Source: a virus (Duplodnaviria; Caudoviricetes). From it: a DNA stretch of 28,602 bases. The notes under the pieces were generated by a model. The model saw only the letters and a program-made list of their open reading frames with translations, had not been told where the DNA came from and did no database searches. The stretch covers positions 1 through 28,602 of IMG/VR virus record IMGVR_UViG_3300033067_002368. The stretch is one strand, 5' to 3'. Both the position numbers and the translations under genes were made by a program. This document shows, piece after piece, positions 9,089 to 16,705 of this stretch (the first letter of the stretch is position 1; the number at the start of each line of letters is the position of its first letter).

Positions 9089-10449
9089 TGAGTATAGGTT
9101 ATATAGATATATTATATAGTGGTCAAATTTCAGGAACTACAATTTCTGGAACAAATATTATTGTTTCTACTATTACCGTTTCTAATATTATATCTACAGG
9201 TTCTACAAGTAATAGTTTTGTATCTTTATCTGCTTCATCATTTTCCGCTTCTACTATTCAATCAAGCGGTCTCGGTGGTGGCGGAACACAAATGGTTATT
9301 GTTGATAATGCTGGTGTTTTTTCTAAACAATCTATACCATCTGCAGGACAAAGTACAATTATAAGAGATGGTTTAAATACATATACTGCAGGAACAACAG
9401 CTGATTATACTGTGAACATTTCAGCATTAACGATAAATACGTTAATTGCAAGTGGAAATAGTATATTTACTGGAACACTATCTGGAGGAAGTTCGTTCTC
9501 AGCAAGTACTATCTATTCAGGTTCAACAAATTTATATTCAATTTTTGCTGGTATTGGATCAGTTGGTGGCGGAACGTCAACTTCAGTTCAGCCAGGATTA
9601 AATACATATACTGGAGGAACATCGACAAGTCCAACTGTTAATGTCTCCGCTTTAACGATAAATACATTAACAGCAAGTGGAAATTCTGTATTTACCGGAA
9701 TGTTATCTGGTGGTTCGTCATTCTCTGCAAATACTTTATATTCTGGTTCAACGAATTTAAATTCAATTTTTTCACAGATTGGACATACACATCAATTCAG
9801 CGCAATATTAAACACTGCTCATACTCATTCTGTGAGTGAGATTGCTAATTTAAGTTCACTGCTTGATACGAAGTTAAATCTTTCAGGCGGAACAATGACC
9901 GGTGGTCTAACCACAACAGCATTATCTGCAAGTACTATTAGTGGTGGAACATTATATTCTGGTTCAACGAATTTATATTCAATTTTTGCTCCAATAGGAA
10001 CGGGAGGTAGCGGAGAAAGCAATACCGCATCAAATTTAGGTTCTGGAACCGGAATATTTGCTCAAAAATCAGGAGTTGATTTACAATTCAAAGGTTTAAG
10101 TGCAGGAACAAATATAACATTAAATTCAAATAGTGATACTATAATCATATCTTCTACAGGATCAAATTCTATAATAACAGGTATTACACAAGTTAATTTT
10201 GGATTTGCTACTGGAGGAGAAGGAATGTATGCTACAACCGCAGTAACAAATAGTAATATAACACAAAATTCTATTATATATTTTAGATTATCAGCATCAA
10301 CTGATCACTTAGATATAGAGGATTCTCTTTTAGAAAATATATCTTTAAAAGAATCAGATATAGTTGATGGTGTTGGGTTTAATATTAATGCATATTCAGA
10401 CAGTTCAACTTGGGGTGAATATAATATATTTTATAGAATTACAAATTAA
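9088..10449 (+). CDS. Second, shorter fibre protein sharing shaft modules with the 1978-aa fibre but with a different C-terminal domain
   Basis: 453 aa with GTQMV.VDN.GV.SKQ.IPSAGQST, GLNTYT, HTH..HTH and IF..K.G..L.FK modules and a unique acidic C-terminal region of about 90 aa. Confidence 0.8.
   Translation: MSIGYIDILYSGQISGTTISGTNIIVSTITVSNIISTGSTSNSFVSLSASSFSASTIQSSGLGGGGTQMVIVDNAGVFSKQSIPSAGQSTIIRDGLNTYTAGTTADYTVNISALTINTLIASGNSIFTGTLSGGSSFSASTIYSGSTNLYSIFAGIGSVGGGTSTSVQPGLNTYTGGTSTSPTVNVSALTINTLTASGNSVFTGMLSGGSSFSANTLYSGSTNLNSIFSQIGHTHQFSAILNTAHTHSVSEIANLSSLLDTKLNLSGGTMTGGLTTTALSASTISGGTLYSGSTNLYSIFAPIGTGGSGESNTASNLGSGTGIFAQKSGVDLQFKGLSAGTNITLNSNSDTIIISSTGSNSIITGITQVNFGFATGGEGMYATTAVTNSNITQNSIIYFRLSASTDHLDIEDSLLENISLKESDIVDGVGFNINAYSDSSTWGEYNIFYRITN
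9640..9988 (+). repeat. Fibre shaft module, copy 3 (in the second fibre gene)
   Basis: Near-identical to 5510-5858, including identical runs of 71 nt and 46 nt. Confidence 0.95.
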
Positions 10450-10459
10450 AAAATAAACA

Positions 10460-10467
10460 TATTTATA
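10460..10467 (+). promoter_or_regulatory. TATTTATA candidate late promoter for the lectin-like pair
   Basis: The motif lies 15 nt upstream of ATG 10483 in a 33-nt intergenic gap. Confidence 0.55.
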
Positions 10468-10482
10468 AAAAAATAAAATAAA

Positions 10483-11910
10483 ATGAGTGTAATAATAAAA
10501 GGTGGAAACACTGGTCATTTAGCAGATGTGGATACAAATAATAACTTAAAAGTTGCATTACCATTGATTTTGAGTGCTTCTGGTTATGCCTCTATGGTTT
10601 CAGAAGTGGATGATGGTTCTGTTATTGGAGAAAGAACTTTAAGACAATTAGATACGAGTTTTGATTATAGATTACGTGTTGGTATAGATAAAATTTTATG
10701 GCAAGATACTTTTAATCATGCTGTTCTTAATACGTCAAGATATTTAGGCATTACATCAACAATGACAATTTCTGTTGCTGGTGGATTTTTGAACCTAAAC
10801 GTTGGTAACGCAGTAGCAGCTGGTAACGTTGCCAGAGTTCAAACATATAGGACTTTTACTGTCTATGCATCATATTCAACATATGTAGATATGAGAATTA
10901 AGTTTTCTGCTGCATTTCAGGCCAACAATGTAATTGAATTTGGTTTGGGATTAGCAGCAACAACTGCCGCTCCAACAGATGGTATATTTTTTAGAGTTGC
11001 AGGAGGTGTTCTTTTAGGTGTAATAAATAATGGTGGTGTAGAACAAACTGTTAATTTGAAATATACCCCAACGGTTGGTGCAGTCGATCACTATTTAATT
11101 GTTGCCGGAATGGACAGAACAGAATTTTGGATTGATGATATTTTAAGAGGTGTAATAGAAACCCCTTCTTCATTGGGTGCGCCAACATTATCAAATTCAT
11201 TACCAATTTTATTAAGAAATTATAATTCAGGTATAGTTTCTTCTGCAATTCAATTAAATATTGGTCAAATTGCTGTTACTTCCGGAGATATGGATATGGG
11301 TAAGGATTGGCAAACAAATATGGTAACTAATGGATGGTCTTCAGTTTCAGCTCCGGATGGACAAACAGCGGCATTAACAGCAAATTATGCAAATAGTGCT
11401 GCTCCGGCTTCTGCCACTTTATCAAATACTGCAGCTGGATATGCAACTTTGGGTGGACAATTTCAATTTGCCTCAGTTGCAGGTGCGGAAACGGATTATG
11501 CATTATTTGGATACTTAAATCCTGTATCTACAAATGCTATTTCTGGTAAAAACTTAATTATTACAGGTATTAGAATAGACACTTTTAACACAGTTGTTGC
11601 AGTTGCTACTACCGCATTTGTATTTCAGTGGTCAATAGCGGTTGGTTCAACTGCTGTTTCTTTAGCCACTACAGATAGTGCAACCGCAGGAACAAGAGCA
11701 CCAAGACGTTTAACTTTAGGAACACAAACTATGCCTGTTGGTACTGCTGTGGGGGCGATGGCATCTCCAACTATTGATGTTACTTTTAGAACTCCTTTAG
11801 TTGTTGATCCTGGTAGTTATTGTCATATAATATTAAAAATTCCAGTAGGAACAGCAACAGCCACTGAAGTTTTAAGAGGGGTTTGTATGATAAATGGATT
11901 TTTTGAATAA
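10483..11910 (+). CDS. Putative receptor-binding/fibre-tip protein with a ConA/LamG-like lectin domain, paralog 1
   Basis: 475 aa, all-beta, with IEFGLG..DGIFFR..GVINNGG..HYLIV..EFWIDD. Colinear with the next ORF. Confidence 0.6.
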   Translation: MSVIIKGGNTGHLADVDTNNNLKVALPLILSASGYASMVSEVDDGSVIGERTLRQLDTSFDYRLRVGIDKILWQDTFNHAVLNTSRYLGITSTMTISVAGGFLNLNVGNAVAAGNVARVQTYRTFTVYASYSTYVDMRIKFSAAFQANNVIEFGLGLAATTAAPTDGIFFRVAGGVLLGVINNGGVEQTVNLKYTPTVGAVDHYLIVAGMDRTEFWIDDILRGVIETPSSLGAPTLSNSLPILLRNYNSGIVSSAIQLNIGQIAVTSGDMDMGKDWQTNMVTNGWSSVSAPDGQTAALTANYANSAAPASATLSNTAAGYATLGGQFQFASVAGAETDYALFGYLNPVSTNAISGKNLIITGIRIDTFNTVVAVATTAFVFQWSIAVGSTAVSLATTDSATAGTRAPRRLTLGTQTMPVGTAVGAMASPTIDVTFRTPLVVDPGSYCHIILKIPVGTATATEVLRGVCMINGFFE

Positions 11911-11919
11911 AAAATAATT

Positions 11920-13371
11920 ATGAGTATATCAATTAAAAGCGGTAGTTCAACTGATTTATTAGAAGTTTCTTCTGGAAATACTTTAAATATTAATTTTGCT
12001 GATGCCAATACATTTCAAGATAATGGATATTTTGTTTGTGTTTCTGAAGTTGATGATGGTGTGGTTTTAGGAGAAGAAACATATAGAAAAAATAATGCAT
12101 CTATGGATTTTAGAATGCATTCTGGTATAGATAAAATAATTTGGTATGACAAATTTTCTCACTCAACATTAAATACTTCAAGATATAAATGTTCTGCAGT
12201 AACACAAACAATAGTTATTAGTGGTTCTAATTTAGTTTTAAATGCAAATAATTCGGTTACATCTGGTGCGTTTTCTGTTGTAAGTACATATAAACATTTT
12301 TATCCTATTGGCTCTTTTCCTTCTTATTTTGATGTTTCTTTAACTTTTTCTGAAAATCCACATGTAGATAATCATGTTATAGAGTTTGGTTTAGGATTAG
12401 CTTCTGGAACAACCGTAGTAAAAGATGGAATTTATTTTAAAACATCACCTACTGGTTTATTAGGCGTAATAAATTCTGGCGGCACAGAAATTACCGGTGC
12501 AACAAATTTTGTTCCAACAGCTTATACATATAATCATTATTTAATAGTTTCTAATGATGATAATGATACCACTGAGTTTTGGATAGACAATATTTTAAGA
12601 TTAGTTTTGACAAGTGGTAGCGGAAATACAAGTTCTTCTCAATCTTGTTCTTTTCCAATATTTTTTAGGAATTATAATACTGGAGCAGTTAGTACTCCTG
12701 TACAATTAAAAATTAACGAATTTGGTTTTACTTTTGGAGATGTTATTAGAGAAAGATTTTGGAATTTTAATTCTGTTTCAAATGGATTATCTAATATAAA
12801 TCAACCTGATGGTCAACCCCCCGGATCAACCATTAATTCAACAAATAGTACATTTCCAACATCTGCATCATCATTATCTAATTCAACTTCATTATATAGC
12901 TTAATGGGAGGCCAGTTTGTTTTTTCAGGACAAACAAGTGGCGAAACAGATTATGTAATATTTGCTTATCAAAACCCAGAAGCAACATCGACAAACCCTG
13001 GCAAAATTTTAATTATTACAGGAATAAGAGTAGATGTTTGTAATTTTGGAAATACAATGGGAGCAACAACTTCTACTGTATTACAATGGGGAATTGGTGT
13101 TGGAAGTACAGGTGTTGATTTGGCAACGGTTGACGATGCTACAACAGGAACAAGGGGTCCAAGGAAATTAGCATTAGGTTGTATTGGATTTCCTGGTGGA
13201 TCAGTAGTTGGTGCCGTATCAGATAGAATAATTGACACTACTTTTTTAAGTCCATTGTTTATTGAACAGGGTTGTTATATGCATGTTTTTGTAAAAATAC
13301 CAGTTGCACCAACTCCAGCGTCAGGTCAATATTTTAGGGGTAGTGTATATGTTAGTGGTTATTTTGAATAA
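11920..13371 (+). CDS. Putative receptor-binding/fibre-tip protein with a ConA/LamG-like lectin domain, paralog 2
   Basis: 483 aa. Shares VSEVDDG, GIDKI.W, LNTSRY, VIEFGLGLA, EFWID, RNYN, ETDY, IITGIR.D and terminal G(F/Y)FE with paralog 1. Confidence 0.6.
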   Translation: MSISIKSGSSTDLLEVSSGNTLNINFADANTFQDNGYFVCVSEVDDGVVLGEETYRKNNASMDFRMHSGIDKIIWYDKFSHSTLNTSRYKCSAVTQTIVISGSNLVLNANNSVTSGAFSVVSTYKHFYPIGSFPSYFDVSLTFSENPHVDNHVIEFGLGLASGTTVVKDGIYFKTSPTGLLGVINSGGTEITGATNFVPTAYTYNHYLIVSNDDNDTTEFWIDNILRLVLTSGSGNTSSSQSCSFPIFFRNYNTGAVSTPVQLKINEFGFTFGDVIRERFWNFNSVSNGLSNINQPDGQPPGSTINSTNSTFPTSASSLSNSTSLYSLMGGQFVFSGQTSGETDYVIFAYQNPEATSTNPGKILIITGIRVDVCNFGNTMGATTSTVLQWGIGVGSTGVDLATVDDATTGTRGPRKLALGCIGFPGGSVVGAVSDRIIDTTFLSPLFIEQGCYMHVFVKIPVAPTPASGQYFRGSVYVSGYFE

Positions 13372-14247
13372 TTATTGACCATTTAAAGTATCTGTAAAAT
13401 TCTGATTAGTATTAATGATTGTTCTTTCTTCACGAACATCAATGTTTCCATTTGTAAACACTTTCTTTTGAGTGTATAAATTATATTGTCTATAGATTCT
13501 ACCAACAGAATCGAAATAAGATAAAATGCCGGTTTCAAGGTCTCTTGTACTGTTTCCATATAAAGCAATTGCTAAAGTGTCAATAGAGTGTTCTGCCATT
13601 TCAACCTCTATAGTAACAGGGTCAAAGTAAGTATTTGATATTAAAATTTTTTGACCTTTAGAACCAATATCAATTGTTTGATTTTTTGATATTAATGACG
13701 CTTCATCTGGAGTTAGGGTTAAAAATAAATTATTACCTCCTGGGTCTAATACATAAGTAACGCTACCTTGAGTTATGCTATTGTTATTTGGACCTATACT
13801 AACCAAATCACTGCTTGTAATAATTCTGCTTAAATTTTTAATTTTGACATTATTTTTATCAAAATATTCAATTTGGTATCCTATAAGACTGGATGTTTTT
13901 AAAAATTGAAGTGTTGGGATAACTATTCCTTTTTTAGATATTTGAATAGCATTATTATCATTAGTTATTATATATGAACAATCTAAAATAGTAGTCTCAA
14001 AAGTTTTTGGTTTAATTTGAACAGTATAAAATCCAAGGTCTTTAAAAATTGAAGCCGGAAGTCTTAATTTATAAATTCCATCACTACCAATTAATTTTCT
14101 AAAATCCATATTTGTTAAATTATTAAATAGTGGTTTCATATCAGTATCTCCAATAGACTCTCTTGATGGAGAAAATGAATATAAAATATCAACATCATCA
14201 ATGTTGACATCTGCAAGTTTCTTTGTTCCGTATATACCTATAGCCAT
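13372..14247 (-). CDS. Hypothetical virion structural protein
   Basis: 291-aa ORF with its own TATTTATA motif, last gene of the minus-strand block. No enzyme motif seen. Confidence 0.65.
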   Translation of the reverse strand: MAIGIYGTKKLADVNIDDVDILYSFSPSRESIGDTDMKPLFNNLTNMDFRKLIGSDGIYKLRLPASIFKDLGFYTVQIKPKTFETTILDCSYIITNDNNAIQISKKGIVIPTLQFLKTSSLIGYQIEYFDKNNVKIKNLSRIITSSDLVSIGPNNNSITQGSVTYVLDPGGNNLFLTLTPDEASLISKNQTIDIGSKGQKILISNTYFDPVTIEVEMAEHSIDTLAIALYGNSTRDLETGILSYFDSVGRIYRQYNLYTQKKVFTNGNIDVREERTIINTNQNFTDTLNGQ

Positions 14248-14251
14248 TTGT

Positions 14252-14259
14252 TATAAATA
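14252..14259 (-). promoter_or_regulatory. TATTTATA candidate late promoter
   Basis: + strand TATAAATA equals - strand TATTTATA, 4 nt upstream of ATG 14247. Confidence 0.55.
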
Positions 14260-14267
14260 GATTATAA

Positions 14268-16343
14268 TTAATTTGTTGAATTAGAAATAGCCATTTTTAA
14301 TTCGTTTTTTAATTCATTCAGTTTTGGAGTGATAATATTTTCGAGATCATCAAATGAATTAAAGTTGTATTTTGAGCCAAAATCATAATAGATATTAGCT
14401 ATTGTAAAATCGTTAATAGACCCAGTTTTAACTATTTCTATTGAAAACTTAATAATTCTAAAGCAATGAAAAATTAGTTTATTTATAATATAGTCATTAT
14501 TTTTACTTTTAAAATATGATCTAATTAAGTTCATATTAAAATTTATTTTAGACTCAACAGAATTGTAAAGTCTTTGATAGTTTATTGGTGGTTCAGAAGT
14601 TAATAATTGTTTTATTTTAGCATATTCTGGCAAAAATCTAAATTCTATTGTTGGGAATTCAGCATTTGCAAGATCACTGTTATATTTTGAAATACTTAAT
14701 ATTTTGATTTGATATAGTTCATCCGAAAATACTTGTTCAGAAATATCGGTATCCGCCACAATTGTAAAATCCATGTCTGAATTAAAATTGTCTGTACCAT
14801 AAACTTTTGAGCCTATAAAAAAAATATTTTTAATGTCTTTCTCATTTAATTTAGATAATTTAACTATTCTTTTTATATCGAATTTTGAAGAAATGTTTTG
14901 GTTGATTATTTTATCTGCTGAGTTATCTAATGGACTATTTGGTATTTTTACTATTTTAATATCATTATTTCTATAAAACTCCATATCATCTACGTTATAA
15001 TTATAATCAACAAAACAATTAAGAAACACTTTATTTTTAAAAATGTTTTTAACAAAAAGATATGAGTTGTCTTTATATTGTTTTGTTTCTATAAATTCTT
15101 CACATCTTATAATTAAAAAACCAATAACTATATTAGAGGCATTTCTTAAAGTTAAAATTATTGTATCTTCTGGTAAAATTTTATCTGTTATTGTTAGATA
15201 ATCAGTTGTTGTGTTTGTACCATTAGAAATTACAATTGATTTTTGGTTATATGGTATAAGTTGAGGGTTTGTAAAAAAATTATACCCTAAGACAGCTGTG
15301 CTATATTTTTCTGCCTGCACATATAAATAAGTATTTCCTATTGATGGTTGGTTTAAACTAACAGTAAACGGAATAGTTATTGAACTATAAATATTTTTTT
15401 CAAATTCAATTAATTGGTGGGTTTCGAATTGCGCTGAATAATTTAAATTTCCTTGATTATAATATGAATCTTCTGAAACAGAAAAAGTGTTTGTATTATT
15501 TATTATAAATCTATATTGAGAAATAAAAGTACCGGGCTTATTATTTAATAACTGTTCGGGTTGATAATTAAAATTTTGTACAAATTGACTATAATCAAAA
15601 AAATCAAAATTAAACCCAGTTCTTCCTTGCCCTGGAATTATTGGAGTGTTTAAATTATTAAAATCAATATTTTGAATTGGTGAATAACCAAAATTAAAAT
15701 TTTTATTTTTATTTTTTAAAATATATGGAATATTAGCATAAATAATATTAATATCTACGTTATTTATAAAATAATATGCTTTATCTATATAAGATTCTTT
15801 AATGCAATCCTTGAAGTATTTAGAATTGTTTATTGAACTTATAGTTTTTTTTTGATGGTCAATTTTAAGATTTATAAAATAACTATCATCTAAAGGATTT
15901 AATGTTGGATTTAATAAATCTATTTGTTTATTATTAAGTCTTTCATTGTTTGTATTAAAATTAGTTTCAAAAGTTGTGTGTCCAGAAGTTTGGTTTAAAC
16001 TTTGTTTTATACTTACTTTTTCATTAAAATTTTGTACATAATTATTTTTATAAAATTCATTAAACGTATTGGATAATTTTTTGTTATCATAAAAAATTTC
16101 TTTAAATTCTAAAATATTTGTGTTTTCTTGTAAGTAAGAAACAAAATCTTCAGCTAATTGACTGTTTTCTGGTTTATCTAAAAAATCTTTAATATTATTA
16201 TCATTAACTAATTCTCCACCATTTTTTGTTATATAAGAATAGTAATTGTTAGAAAAAGACAAGGATTCTCCGGTAGATATAATAGTATCTAAATTGGTTA
16301 TACCGCTAAATTTTGGATTTTGTATAATTCTAACTTTTTGCAT
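14268..16343 (-). CDS. Structural-type protein (Calx-beta-like middle region) fused to a C-terminal Pol-beta superfamily nucleotidyltransferase (RlaP-like)
   Basis: 691 aa. The C-terminal ~200 aa carry IFFIGSKVYGTDNFNSDMDFTIV (the GS..YG.....SDxD NTase signature) and the helical KLIFHCFRI..SIEIVKTGSINDF motif. The middle region FTVSLNQPS..STAVLGYNF..TIILTL resembles Calx-beta. Confidence 0.8.
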   Translation of the reverse strand: MQKVRIIQNPKFSGITNLDTIISTGESLSFSNNYYSYITKNGGELVNDNNIKDFLDKPENSQLAEDFVSYLQENTNILEFKEIFYDNKKLSNTFNEFYKNNYVQNFNEKVSIKQSLNQTSGHTTFETNFNTNNERLNNKQIDLLNPTLNPLDDSYFINLKIDHQKKTISSINNSKYFKDCIKESYIDKAYYFINNVDINIIYANIPYILKNKNKNFNFGYSPIQNIDFNNLNTPIIPGQGRTGFNFDFFDYSQFVQNFNYQPEQLLNNKPGTFISQYRFIINNTNTFSVSEDSYYNQGNLNYSAQFETHQLIEFEKNIYSSITIPFTVSLNQPSIGNTYLYVQAEKYSTAVLGYNFFTNPQLIPYNQKSIVISNGTNTTTDYLTITDKILPEDTIILTLRNASNIVIGFLIIRCEEFIETKQYKDNSYLFVKNIFKNKVFLNCFVDYNYNVDDMEFYRNNDIKIVKIPNSPLDNSADKIINQNISSKFDIKRIVKLSKLNEKDIKNIFFIGSKVYGTDNFNSDMDFTIVADTDISEQVFSDELYQIKILSISKYNSDLANAEFPTIEFRFLPEYAKIKQLLTSEPPINYQRLYNSVESKINFNMNLIRSYFKSKNNDYIINKLIFHCFRIIKFSIEIVKTGSINDFTIANIYYDFGSKYNFNSFDDLENIITPKLNELKNELKMAISNSTN

Positions 16344-16684
16344 TATTTATTAATTGTTATGTTGTATAATTTAGATTTATCATATATTGTTTCTGTTTTT
16401 AAATATGAGTTTGTGGATGTTTGTCCAGTTGTACTTGTGGCTTTAATTTCTGAAAAGAAACCCAATTCAATAAAAAAAGGATTGAAATTACCTCTTTGTA
16501 TAATAGATGTGTTTTTATCTTTTTCTATATTAATATAATCATCAAATTTTGAATAATTTACATAAAGAGGAATATTAACAAAAAAATCATTTGAATTTTG
16601 TTCAGAAAAGGTACCTCCTGGTTGAGGTATACCATTTTTTCTTTTATCTAAAAATAACCTAAATTTAATTGTATTATTTTCCAT
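16343..16684 (-). CDS. Small hypothetical virion protein, translationally coupled to the NTase fusion
   Basis: 113 aa, TAATG overlap at 16343, contains the DFFVNIPL motif shared with its neighbours. Confidence 0.7.
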   Translation of the reverse strand: MENNTIKFRLFLDKRKNGIPQPGGTFSEQNSNDFFVNIPLYVNYSKFDDYINIEKDKNTSIIQRGNFNPFFIELGFFSEIKATSTTGQTSTNSYLKTETIYDKSKLYNITINK

Positions 16685-16687
16685 TAT

Positions 16688-16695
16688 TATAAATA
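16688..16695 (-). promoter_or_regulatory. TATTTATA candidate late promoter
   Basis: + strand TATAAATA, 3 nt upstream of - strand ATG 16684. Confidence 0.55.
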
Positions 16696-16705
16696 TTATT
16701 TAAAA

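Noticed and set aside
5510-9988. Diversity-generating retroelement TR/VR pair among the fibre repeats
   Set aside because: Differences between copies involve all bases and are mostly synonymous rather than adenine-specific, all copies are internal coding modules, and no reverse transcriptase is in the window.
14268-14890. cGAS/CD-NTase (CBASS) or MNT-HEPN toxin-antitoxin assignment for the NTase
   Set aside because: The short GS..YG.....SDxD spacing and small size fit minimal/RlaP-like NTases better, and no adjacent effector or separate HEPN toxin gene is visible.
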